Assembly (NCBI GenBank): GCA_964016885.1
Contig: CAXHJY010001343.1
Location: 16,334-80,333 of the forward strand
DNA from: Eledone cirrhosa
Taxonomy: Eukaryota
Length of the DNA stretch: 64,000 bases
Reading direction: 5' to 3'
The position numbers were made by a program, and so were the translations under genes. Below the pieces are notes generated by a model. That model did no database searches. It saw nothing but the letters and a program-made list of their open reading frames with translations, and was not told the DNA's origin. Positions within the stretch are counted from its first letter, which is position 1. Every line of letters begins with the position of its first letter. Below are positions 1 to 13,256 of this stretch, in pieces.

Positions 1-856
<856 letters not shown>

Positions 857-1181
857 ATCATCATCATCATCATCATCATCATTTCTTTTTATGTCCACTT
901 TTCGATGCTTGCAAGAGTGGGATGGGAACTGATTCTGGCTTGATTTCTACAGCTGGATGCCCTTCCTAACACCAACCTCATTTACAGTGAGTGCTGGGTG
1001 CTTTTTTGCTGTGGCACCTCCACGACCACTTTGCAGTGATAGGGACTCATTTCTACAGCTGAGTAAACTGGAGAAATGTGAAATAAAGTGTCAAGGAAAC
1101 AACACATCACCCGGTCTGAGAATTGAACTCACAACCTTTTTATTGCAAGGCCAATGCTCTAACCACTAAGCCATGTGGCTC
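857..1181 (-). mobile_element. tRNA-derived CORE-like SINE with RTE-type (GAT)n tail (family A)
   Basis: Minus strand begins GGAGCCACATGGCTTAGTGGTTAGAGC (A box) ... GAGTTCAATTC (B box), then a CORE-like block (ACACTTTATTTCACATT...CAGTTTACTCAGCTGTAGAAATGAG), an AGGAAGGGCATCCAG module and a (GAT)n tail. Homologous to 5027-5371. Confidence 0.85.
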
Positions 1182-1299
1182 CATAAATATACACGGGTGT
1201 GTATGATTGTGTATCGAAGATTATATTAATAAAAGGAATTCCAACTTTGTCTGATTTACTTGTTTTATTTACAATCCTTTAAAATGTATAATGGTATTA

Positions 1300-2230
1300 G
1301 AATGATCATCACATCACTCGTCGACTACTGTCGAGATGATGGATCTCACTCTCATGCCCCAGAATCCCCTGTCCCCCATCGCTGCCCCCAGGTCCTGTCT
1401 GCTGATTCCCGTATCCCTAGAGATAACGTCAGGGAATGACAGCTTCCTACTCCTAGTCAGGCTGGAGTCAGGGTTCCAGAGCAAGAGAGCGGATATGATT
1501 TCATTGCTTGCACGGTGACAGCGGCCAGCAAATTGAGCTCTCCGTGATTTTAGAAGGGCAGAGGCTCGAGGGAGTTTGCCATAGATTTTAGACAAGGTGG
1601 GATGTCGTTTCCAGGATAGGTTTTGCACTCTCATTAAGAGGCGGGTATATGTGCCATCCAATCTCCTCTCAAGTTGTGATGTTAGTGTCCAAGTTTCGGA
1701 TCCATAAAGTAATATGGGCTTAATGGTTGCTTGGAATATTTCCAGTTTTAGCTTGTTGGTAAGTTGAGATGTCCATATGGCGTGCATGTCATTGCACGCT
1801 GACCATGCCATACCTTTCCTGGTTAGAAAATCTTTTTTGGAGGAGGAGCTATATGAGCCAAGATACTTGTAATCTTCCACCTGCTTAAGGGTGGTACCAT
1901 TAAGGGTTCTGATGGGGTAGTTTGGGCTGTTTGTGCATCTGTTCACACACTCAGTTTTGGATCCGTTGAGGTATAGTCCAACACAGTTGGACGCTTGCTC
2001 TAATGACTTCAAAAGACTCAGCATTTTCCAGTGACCGACTGATCAATGCGATGTCGTCAGCAAAGTCGGTGTCGGTCAAGTATTTTGCTGGGTAGCGTGA
2101 GCTTCTCCTAGGCTGTAGTTGGTATCCCCTATCCTGAATCCTATCCACAGACATGCACAAAACATAATCCACAACAATGATAAACAGATACGGAGCAAGG
2201 GTATCGCCCTGTAAAATTCCAGCAAGGATT
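1300..2230 (-). mobile_element. 5'-truncated RTE-clade LINE, RT C-terminal part, frameshifted near 2024
   Basis: Motifs GILQGDTLAPYLFII, DFADDIAL, VEDYKYLGS and LLYGSETWTL in ORFs 1951-2172 and 1314-2024 and the adjacent frame. Confidence 0.9.
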
Positions 2231-2691
2231 TAGAATGAAATAGTATGGTAGAATATTAAATGTTAAGTGTTAATTGAACAAGTACTTTCATGCTTTCCCA
2301 ATCTTCAGGTTCATATTCTGTGGTGACGGTCAAGTTTGCAATTTTCAACTGTAATGAGATGGGTAAATTTTGTGCCTTATATACAGTGAAAAGCGGCTAC
2401 AGGATGCTAAATTTTGCAAACTGTATTTCAACCAATCGGTGTGTAGTTTCAAACCGTACTAAGAGTGAGAAATGAAATTCGGGCTGTTTGTTTACAAACA
2501 AACCGAGCATTATAATAAATGTTCGGTAAACCTATACGTACATATATTTATGTGTGCATGTATGTATACATATACATACTTCTGTACGTCTATACATATA
2601 CGTATGTACATATACATACTTATATTTAAGTAACAGCCGTACTAAGAGTGAAAAATGAAATTTCGTTTCATTTTTTCCATCTATATATATA

Positions 2692-3054
2692 CTAGCTGAC
2701 GTACCCAGCTTCACCCGGGTAAACAGATGATAAGAGAGGACAGGTTAAAGAGAAAATGACTGTATTGGATGTTTGTCTGGTTACAGTAAGAGGTGAGTCT
2801 GTGGTGTCTGTGTGATACAAACAAAAATAGTAAAAAAAAAAAAAAAATCTTCCAGATATACCAGATTCTTCGTTCTACTGTTTGTGCATAGTATATGAAC
2901 AATTCTAGGTGCTCCCACCTAGAGTAGTGCTTCTAGGAGATGGTTCATCTTCTGCCTGACTGTAAAACGTGTATCATTGCATAGACGTGGTTGTTCCACG
3001 TTTCTCAAAAGGATGATGGAAATTCCAATCTTTTATATTATATGTAGATATAGA
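2692..3054 (-). mobile_element. Non-autonomous Helitron
   Basis: Minus strand starts A|TCTATATCTAC and ends with hairpin ACCCGG-GTGAAG-CTGGGT, then CTAG|T. This is the A/T insertion signature with no TSD. Confidence 0.7.
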
Positions 3055-3075
3055 TATAAATGATTAATATAAAAG

Positions 3076-3275
3076 ATGATGCTCAGCCAGTTCGTCTTCA
3101 ACCATCGCAGCACGCCGTCACTATTTGGCTCGTGTTTCGTTGGCGTTGTTCAGTCAGCTCCTCTTCATTCATGGCGGCACGTCTTCGCCTCTGAAGTTTG
3201 GCGTTCCGATGGCGCTGTTCGGCCCGTTTTTCTTCATTCCTGGCTGCACGCCGTCGCCGCTGTAGTTCACTGCTT
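3076..3275 (-). repeat. About three degenerate 69-bp (23-aa) Arg/Glu-rich repeats
   Basis: CTTCATTC-like anchors at 3096, 3163 and 3232. Translation LQRRRRAARNEEKRAEQRHRNAK / LQRRRRAAMNEEELTEQRQRNTS. Confidence 0.65.
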
Positions 3276-3684
3276 GATAAAGTCGAATTGCTTTTACTTT
3301 CTGTGGAACGCTGCACGCACGCACACAAACATACGCGCACGTACATACACACGTACACATAGTAATAGTTACAGCGTTCACTTTGCCTCTGTTTCTTACT
3401 CTCCCCTCTCACTTCCTCATTGGCATTATGCATATTAATTTAAGTTTGGCGTCGTTGAGGTTGGCGGAGTTATTTGAAACCTATGAACCAATGATAATCG
3501 AGAATTATGACACACGGAATAATGACATTGTTGAAATTAATATATATATATATTAATAACTGGCAAACGCTATGAGAGACAGAGATGGATGGAGGAAACG
3601 TGTCGTAGAAAGCCGAGCAAGCTCGACCTGATGATGATGATATATGTATATGTGTGTGTATGTGTGTATACACACACACAATGG

Positions 3685-3806
3685 ACATCCACAGTATCCA
3701 TCTACCAAATTTCATTCGCAAGGCATTGGTGTCACACAGTGGGACTGAATGCAAAACTACAGGACTGCAAAGTAAAGCCCTTTAACTACACAGCCATGCC
3801 TGTACC
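3685..3806 (-). mobile_element. Degenerate fragment of SINE family C
   Basis: Shares CAGTGGGACTGAA, CACAGCCATGCC and ATCTACCAAATTTCA blocks with 17510-17810 and 20925-21165. Confidence 0.55.
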
Positions 3807-4177
3807 TATACTTAACACAAATGTATACAAACGCACACACACACTTGAATATAAGCCTGGAAATGGTGAAAAGAACAAATCAAAGACCAAATCCAATTGA
3901 CTTCAGGTGCAATGAAGATTTGCAAGACATTTCAAAGAGTTTCCTAGAATGAATATATGCACACACACACACACACACACACACACTTCTGTACTAGATA
4001 GATATATACATACATACACACAAATACATACATACTATATGTATAAACATATTTTTATGAGAAAGTTAGAAGCTTCATCAAATGTTTTTTATTATAAAAT
4101 AGTCTAAATAAGGCATATAAAAAAAAAATGGGCATTAGCACGTGTGGTCCTACAGGTGCTAATGCCAGTTTTTTCTG

Positions 4178-4363
4178 TTAACTCTTTAGCATTTAAACCA
4201 GCCATATCCAGCCAGAATTCTCTCACCTCTTGCTGTTCAAACCGGATGTACTGTTCTCAAAATAAATAATATCAAAATCTCATAGATTTGATATTATATG
4301 AGATAAAGTGTTAACTATATTTACTCAAGTATTTTCACAGTGATGTAAATGCTAAAGGGTTAA
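4178..4363 (+). mobile_element. piggyBac-like MITE family 1 (TTAA-flanked)
   Basis: TTAA-CTCTTTAGCATTTA ... TAAATGCTAAAGGG-TTAA. Internal sequence matches 24922-25137. Confidence 0.75.
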
Positions 4364-4504
4364 GGGAGCTTATATGTCCCATTATTTAGACTATTCTTCC
4401 ATAGTAAAAAATATTTGATGAAACTTCTACGTTTCTCATAAAAATATCAAATTCCATACATTGTTTCTCAACACACGTTTGTTTATACTATTACATATAT
4501 ACAT

Positions 4505-4554
<50 letters not shown>

Positions 4555-5026
4555 TAAGTATCAAAAGACACTTACCAGGAGAGTTAAGTTTTATAGAGGT
4601 ATTAAATTAGATTGTACTGTTACACATTATATGTAGCACCTTATTTTACTTTTACAAAGAGTGTAGCAGTTGGGGACAACCCCCCAACAGAAAGTTTGCT
4701 CATCAGGCTAAAAACTTACTGTTAGGGTTGTCACCAACTACTCTATTGATTTAAATATTCTGGTCCATGTTTAAACATGTTCACATATCTTACTTTCTTA
4801 GTAAAACACACTGTAGTTAACAAATGTATATATCATCATCATGCGTTTTTTGTTTCATGGTGGCTACTATCCTCTCACCAGTGTGTGTGTGTGGTGTGTG
4901 TGGTGTGTGTGGTGTGTGGTGTGTGGTGTGTGGTGTGTGGTGTGTGGTGTGTGGTGTGTGTGTGTGTGTGTTTTTATCCATTTATTTAATTAATTTTTTT
5001 TTTTCTTTATTAGTTGGTGAATTTGC

Positions 5027-5371
5027 AGAGTCAATGGCTTAGTGGTTAGAGCATTGGCCTTGCAATCGAAAGGTCAAGTTCAATTCTCAGACCGGGTGAT
5101 GTGTTGTTTCCTTGAGCAAGACACTTTATTTCACATTGCTCCAGTTTACTCAGCTGTAGAAATGAGTTGATAGTGACTGGGGTCCATATCATTCCACTGC
5201 AAAGTGGCCGTGGAGGTGCCACGACAAAAAAGCACCCAGCACTCACTGTAAATGAGGTTGGTGTTAGGAAGGGCATCCAGCTGTAGAAATCAAGCCAGAA
5301 TCAGTTCCTATCCCACCCTTGCAAGCAGGGAAAAGCGAACGTAAAATGATGATGATGATGATGATGATGAT
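5027..5371 (+). mobile_element. tRNA-derived CORE-like SINE family A, near full length
   Basis: TGGCTTAGTGG A box, AGTTCAATTC B box, CCTTGAGCAAGACACTTTATTTCACATTGCTCCAG core, and tail CCCACCCTTGCAAGCAGGGAAAAGCGAACGTAAAA(TGA)n. Confidence 0.88.
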
Positions 5372-5703
5372 TAGAACATTGGCTAGAATATTTTGTGGTA
5401 TTTGTTCTGGCTCTCTGAGGTCAACTTTGCCATTCATCCTTTCGAGGTTGATAAAAAAAAGTATTAGTCTAGTACTGGGGTCAAATCTTCCTCTATATCT
5501 TTTTCTTATTTCCCCTCTCTCACTTTCTATCACTGTCTGAATTCAAACTTTGCTTTTCTACTCTTTGAGGTCAATCAAAAAAAAGTACCAGCCCAGTAAT
5601 GGTGTTGATCTTTCTCCAATATCTTTTTCTTACTCTCTCTCCTCCTTTGGGCTTTGCCAGGTTTAATGGTATTGTATGACGGCACCCCAACATATGAATG
5701 TAT

Positions 5704-5763
<60 letters not shown>

Positions 5764-7221
5764 ATCACCATCACCATTGTTTAACATCCATTTCCATGCG
5801 TGCATGGGTTAGAAGGTTGTTCTTTTTCCATGTGGCACCCAGTAAATAGCTGTTTTAATTAGTAAGTTGGAGATAATTTGGCACACCATGCCCAACCCAT
5901 TTCCATCGGTGTACAGTCACCATTCCTGCTCTATTCACAAAATAGGAGCAAGGCAGTAGTTTCTATCTAATCTATGAACTGGATTAATATATAGCATAGT
6001 TTCCTAGAAACTGATGTGAGAACATTATAAAATCTGGCAGTCAGTTACAATGTTATCTAAAGAAAATTCTGCCTTAGGCTTAATGTTAAACTATATCCAT
6101 CCTTCTACTACTCTAACCTTCTTAACACGTTTGATGCAAATCAACCTAACTCTACCTGAAGTTCTATGAAACAACCATTCCTTTTAAATGGTTTAAATGA
6201 AAATATTTCAACATAACTTGTTAAATTATGCTATAAACACTTTCATAATACTGAGATAATTAATAATTTTAGTAAATCCTTTAAATTCTTCATTAATTAA
6301 TTCAAATACAGTGTATTTCATAAGAAATTATGGTAATGAAAAGATTAAATAAATGCATACAACACAACAGATTCTTGTATAAAAACCTCCCAAAAGTAAG
6401 TGAGAAGATCCAAGAACACTGACCGTCTATCAGGGCATTGTGCACAACATCTGTGCAAATAAATACAGGGTATTTTCAAAATTCCAACAGATCTTGATAG
6501 AAATGTGAAATTCAAATTTGACCACTTTTAAATTTTTATTGATGACGGAGGGTGTATGATAGATCATACAAAACTCAGGTCCATCAAAGTTTTGTATAAT
6601 AAAACCTTTAATGTCACATTAACCTATGGTAAACAAGTGGTGGGGTTTGAACTCAGAAGTGCCGAGGGCTGAAAAAATACTGAGCTCTACCTTTGCCAAC
6701 TTGCTGGATGTAAAATGAAAGATTGTTAAATTATAAAAACTTTAAACACTTTTCCAGTCAACTTGAGCAACATATTTAGCCATCCCTGTCTTGAAGTAGT
6801 CTGATATTTTATTTTACCAGTTTAGTAACATTAAGCTAAAATAAAACAAAAATAAATAAATAAACTGTGACATTTTATATCCATGAGAGTTAGAGATAAG
6901 CTATTTTTCTCCTTCTTCAAGAATACAACTTTATTTTACAAGAAAATAAAGCCATATGACTAGCTTTAGAATTTGGTTGAAGGAGAGGGTAATGGAATGT
7001 TAAAACCATTAAACATTATATATATAGAGAGAGACTGGTATGTGTATATATAGAGAAAGTGACTGCTATGCGTCTCATTTGATTTGTAAATGGATGTTAA
7101 ATTTTTTCGTAAACATATTTCTAATGAAAGACACTGCCAATGATTTTCAATTAATTATGAAAATTATTCAAGAATTTTAAGGAATTTAGTAATATAACTA
7201 ACTTTTTCATTATTAAGTTAA

Positions 7222-7545
7222 TGTTCAAATCCCACTGAGGTTTGCTTTACCTTTCATCCTTACGGGGTTGATAAAATAAAGTACCAATAATGCACTGGGA
7301 TCGATTTAATTGAGTTTTCCCTCCTCTAAAAATTGTTGGCCTTGTGCCTAAATCAGAAACCATTTGGCAGTATTGGTAGAGAGTCGGACACTATGCTTTG
7401 AAGCATAGAGTTACGTCCCTTTATGATCTGAGTTCAAATCCCGCCGAGGTTAACTTTGCCTTTCATCCTTACGGGGTCGATAAAATAAAGTACTAGTAAT
7501 GTACTGGGTAATTGCTGGCCTTGTGCCAAAAATAGAAACAATTAT
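7222..7545 (+). mobile_element. Two adjacent SINE family B copies (tRNA head plus Meta-like domain), nested in a MITE family 2 remnant
   Basis: GAGTTCAAATCCCGCCGAGGTTAACTTTGCCTTTCATCCTTACGGGGTCGATAAAATAAAGTAC, repeated at 13305, 17185, 18505, 22750-24475. Confidence 0.75.
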
Positions 7546-8594
7546 TAAGTTAATGTTTGGAACATAAAGGTTCTTATATAAAATATGATGGAAGATTTTT
7601 ATGTAAATATAAGCACTTTAAAATAAACAAGTTTATATTGTAGAATCAGGATTGATATGGTATCAAAAGTATTTAAAAACTCTTAATATTATCAAGTGAT
7701 AAAATAACAAATAAGTAGTGATGTCTGTAGGAATACCAGATTGAATACTTTTACTAATATATTTGGTTTTAATGATATTTCGCTGTTCTGAGTTCAAACT
7801 CTGATGGTGGAATTCAACTTTAGTTTTTATTTTGATAAGGACTGATAAAAATAAAACATCTGTACTGTGGATGATTCAAATTGATTATATTACCCTTCAC
7901 TTACAAAAATATTGATTTCATGCCAAGCAAAAATAAATTAATATAATATAACTGAGATGTTACTCTACAAAAGAGAAACAGATTTCTATCTCATTTCATT
8001 ATTGGTAACAACGTGGTAGTTTGAGTTAGACATAACTCCTTCCAAAATCAATAGTCTAAGTTTTCAATCTACGTCTCAAACCTCTTTTTATTTTCATGAA
8101 CCCTCCCTCACTCCCCAAAGAACAACAACAAAAGAAACAATTGCACAAAGTAAAAATATTTTAGGTAATAGCTTTAGACAGACAGTCAAGTAAAAATTCC
8201 ATCATCCATTCAAGTTATAAGTTTCTACAGCATAAAAATTGGAATTAAAAGAACTAGAGTAATAACCTTGGTTACAACCCCAACTCCACCCTTGGACTAG
8301 GCAAAAGATCAAATTTATACATTCAATCAAATATAGTCTAATATTTTATTTTATTGATGCTGAAATAAAATTCAAATAATAATAGTAATAATGGTATAAA
8401 ATGAAAGTCAAAATTAAAACTAGTGAATTATGAAACCAGAATTAGTTACTTGTGAGTGCAGCATTTAGTCTGAAGTTTGCCAACAGCTGCTGCACTGAAT
8501 TTAATCAGCTGAGGTGAAAGTAATCATCATCATGGGTTGGATGGGTTTATGGTGCTTCTAGACAGGCTGGGGAATCATGTCTTGTATATGTTCT

Positions 8595-9110
8595 AGTTTG
8601 GGCATGATTTCTACAGCTGGATGCCCTTCCTAATATCAACCACATTACAGAATATACTGGATGCCTTTTATTGTGACACCAAAATGAAAAGTGAAGTTGT
8701 CATGTCTTTGATATAACTGAAGAATCATTTAAACCACTTTTAACATGGTTTCTACAGCGAGATGCCCTTCCTAACATCAACTCCTTTACAAAATGCACTG
8801 GCTGCATTTTATTGTGGTACTAGCACTACAGAGATTGTCCTGTGCTTGACATGACAGAAGAATCAACCAATTTTGGCATGGTTTCTACAGCTGGATGTCC
8901 TTAGCACCAACCACTTTATAGAATGTACTGGGTACATTTTACAATAGTACCAATATTAGTGACATTACCATGTCCTAGATACAACTAAGAAACCTCTTAC
9001 TCATTTTTGGCATGATTTCTAAAGCTAGATACTCTTTCTAACACCAACCATTTTACAGAGTGTACTGGGTACATGTTATCCTGTTACCAGCACTGGAGAG
9101 GTTGACAGGT
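8595..9110. repeat. Four diverged tandem units (~130-145 bp) of the TTTCTACAGCTGGATGCCCTTCCTAAC module
   Basis: Units start near 8598, 8740, 8870 and 9005. The same module occurs in SINE family A and the RTE UTRs. Confidence 0.75.
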
Positions 9111-10437
9111 TGTTGAACTGATCAAGGAGGCCTCACTACCCTATGCTGTTGTTGTTACTGGTTGAATGTAATTGCTAAAATCTTTGGTAAATACTATTGC
9201 ATTAGCTGAATTAGTAAATGAAATAGTGTTAAGTACAAAATGTAATAATGATTGTCCAGATGTCAAATATATATTTTGAGACAAAGCAATATTAATTAAT
9301 CAGAGATATGGAAGACATTTTACAATTAATCATTTTATGGCTTTATTTCTAATGAAATGTATTGCATTTCAATTAATTAGCACTTTTGATACAAACCACC
9401 TGAAATTACTTCAGGTTCTACAATATAAAACTGTTTATACTTATCTAAAAACCTTCCATCTTAAATATAAGTATGTATATTTAAGTATCAGCCGTACTAA
9501 GAGTGAAAAATGAAATTTCATTTTTTCCACCTTCCATCTTAATTTTATGCAAAACCTTTGTTCCAATCACTGACTTAATAATGGTTATTTTCAAAATCAA
9601 TTGAAAATTATAGGCAGTGTCTATCATTAGAAATGTGGTAACAAAAGAGTTAAAGAAAAATTGAAAGTGATTGACTAAAATGATTAATTATTTCATTATT
9701 TAGATGATATTTGTATCCTAACTTAACAACTTCTAGATCATACATCTATGGGTACAAACACTTAGACAGAACACTAGTAGAGTTCACTCGGTTTCATGTC
9801 TTACAACATACAACCAGGTGACTCGAATGAGGTTGACCAAACTTCAGCCCATGTCCAAAGAGTTCTTATATAAAATTGTTTTGGAAGACTTTAATTTGAA
9901 TAGGAATAATATGCGTTTAGAGTTTTTAACATAAAATATATACTTGTTTGTGTATTTACATAAGAATATTTATGTGTTATATGAAAATAGAGTGAAGTGA
10001 TTTGAGTTCCAGTCTCCACTGGCTTTAGCTGTCAATAGCTGAAATGGGCCTCTATCCAGGGTTATAGACCTTCCTCTACTCTTGACTTCAAAATGCTAGG
10101 AGGAATGGAATGATAGGATAGTAACCTTATTTCCATTAATCAAAATTGCTGAAGAAATGAGAAGCAGATTGATGACCCGGGAGCAGGCCTGTGACAAAAC
10201 TGTGCGAGGTGGAGATCTCTTGTCATCCAATGCTTCATGTGGAGCAAAGGGAACTAAAGAAAGAGTGCATGTAAGTATGTTATGGATGAATGCATATACA
10301 TATGAATATGTGTATACACATGGATATGTTTATAAAACATGAACATGCATTTATGTTTCTTCAAAAAACATGAGGTCATTAGATTTAAAGCACTACAGTT
10401 AAAACAATTATTTTAAATGTCCCAATATTAAAATGGC

Positions 10438-10707
10438 TTAACCCTTTCATTACTATATTACTAATGAAAAACACAACCAATGATTTTCAAATAATTTCGG
10501 AAATAATTTTTTTTTTTTAAATTGACGTGATTTAGTAAATCTTCCATCATAATCTTATGTAAGAATGTTTGGAACATTCTTACATAAAATTATGATGGAA
10601 GATTTTTATATATATATGAACACCTTAAAATAAATAAAATAAATAAATAGTGTTGTATCACATAAAACCAGGGATGGTCTCAGGCAGTTTGATGCTATAA
10701 GGGCTGA
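10438..10707 (+). mobile_element. piggyBac-like MITE family 2
   Basis: TTAACCCTTTCATTAC ... AAGGG ends. Internal TTTGGAACAT/ATGATGGAAG blocks recur near 7100-7670, 9370-9655 (-), 15480-15655, 24480-24592 (-) and 27330-27584. Confidence 0.55.
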
Positions 10708-12592
10708 AATACACCAGCTTAAAGCACCAAGGTATTTGTTGATGTTAGTGCCGAAACTTATTACGCACATGAAACAGAATTTATATTGATTGTATTATTG
10801 ATTGTTAAAATAGAAATTAAACTAAAATCAATAAATTGAAAATATCTTGACCAAAACTGAGTAACAACATAAGAATAATAACTGTTTTTTTAATATATTT
10901 AAACAAACTATAAGAAACATTATGAAAGTAACCAATATATTGATCATCATTTTTACATCGACTTTTCTATGCTGGCATGGGTTAGACAGGGCCTTTACAA
11001 CTAGTAAGACTACAGTAGCAGACAGACCCAATCTTCCTTCACTATCCGTTGTAACTTTCATAATCAATTGTGGTCGAATGGTTAGTTCTGTATCATCATT
11101 TGACTGCAGCATCAAACAGCCTCAATCCTCCTCTACTCATTGTAACTTTCAAAATTAGTTGGGGTTCCACGGTTGGATGATTAGCCCAGGCAATCGATGG
11201 GATTTGAATACCTAGGCAGAATTTGAACTATTGTAGTTTCACAGTAAAGGTTTTATTTCACATAATATCGAAGCTACTAGATTTTGATGCTATTTATGTT
11301 GAGAACAATACCTTAATGTAAGTATGAGTGGCTGATTAAGGCTGGTTTGAACAGAAAGCAGTGAAAGAATTCTGGCCAGATACGGCCGGCTTAAATCTAA
11401 AGGGTTATGGTAATTTTCCCTGCTAAAGCACGAGATATACATGCAGGACCTCGTGGGGTACCTTTTGAGACAATGCATGCTTTAGGGCCAGATACCTTTT
11501 CTAGCACATACTGGGATACAGTGTGCTTGTTCTAAAAAGAATGGAAGGTCAAATTCAGTGGGATTCGGACTCAGAGTGCAGAGAGTCGGAACAAATACCA
11601 CAAAATATTCGATCCGACACTGTAACAACTCTGCAAATTTGCAGCTTTAAAGTAATAAATACCTTAATACTTAATGACTGCATATCCTTTGAAGTAACTA
11701 TAAATATTGATATTAAACAGTTATAAAAAGGAACATTTCTGAATCTTACTAATTAATATGGTTGTTAGTTCTCATTTTTAATAAAATGAGAATAGACCTT
11801 GGGCATTACTAACTAAAGGCTTCCAATTTAGCTACAAGGCCAACAATAGGTTTTTTTTGGTGGAGAAATGGTTCATTAAGTGGGTCCCTGTACTTGACTG
11901 GTACTATTTTTATTGAACCAGGAGGGATGAAAAGCAAAGTGAACGTTGGTGGCAGTTGAATTTAGAATGTAAAAAGCAGCAACTAAAGGATTTTGTAAAA
12001 CTGTCACCTTCCACTCTTAACAAGATGCAAGATAAAAATAAAATAGAGAAAAATATTCCATGTTTTAAATAACTGACCAGTCTACTAAGCCAGACTTCAC
12101 TGCAACAAAGCAATGCTCTAATTTGCTAATAGTCAAATAGTGTAACAATAAGACAACTGTGTAGTTATAAATTCTTACATCTTACTATCAAGCTGTGAGC
12201 ATATTCACTACTTATATAAAATACCAAACAAATGCTTATGTTAAAAATCAAAGAAGAAAAAAAAAAAAAAAAGAAAAGGAAAGTATACGCCATTAATAAC
12301 TTAATAGGTCAAGGAATATTCTGTAAATTGGTGTCCAATATTTTATTAAAATAACTAAGTGATGCAAACTTAATAAAATGATATTAAGTGTTGGCTGCAT
12401 AAATATGTACACACTATTGATCGTTGGATACCTAGAAGTAAAGTAAAAAAAAGTACTACGCAATTGAGTAAATATGACATGAAAATTATATACACATACC
12501 TACACACACACATATATATATATATCTACATTATATATATATATACACACACACACACACGTGCGTGCGTGCGTGCGTGTGTGTGTGTATGT

Positions 12593-12625
<33 letters not shown>

Positions 12626-13256
12626 GATGGGTGTGTGTGTGCATGTGAGAGATAGTGTGAGAGGAAGAATTGACCCCAGTACTGGACTGGTACATTGTTT
12701 ATTGACTACAAAATGATGAATGGTAAAGTATACATCAGTGAGATTTGAACTCAGAACACAGTGAGCCAGAACAAATACCAAGACATTTTTAATCTGATGT
12801 TCTAACAACTCTGCCAATTTGCCAGCTTAAATCTATTATATAGAAGGATAAATGAATATTAAATGATGATTTATTTACACACTTTTCAGTACAGCCACCT
12901 TAATTCTGGAATACAACCCAACACGACCTTATAATAACATTGAGTGCTTGGAATGACGAACCGCCTGTAACTGTTGTTACACACTTAACTAACACACACA
13001 CATATATAAACATATCATATATGGTTTCATATACACCTCTATTATGAGCCATGCGATGTTAGTGCTATTGCTAATTAATTCTAGCCAGTGAAGCTTACAG
13101 TATATGCAAATGAGCATTTCCAGCTAATGTTTCATACACAAAAAAGTATAAGCTATAACTTTTTCTCGTCTCAGTAACAAGTGAATAAATGACACTGATG
13201 ATTACTAAAAATCCAGAAACACATAGCAACTGATATAGCTGCAACATGATCATAGC

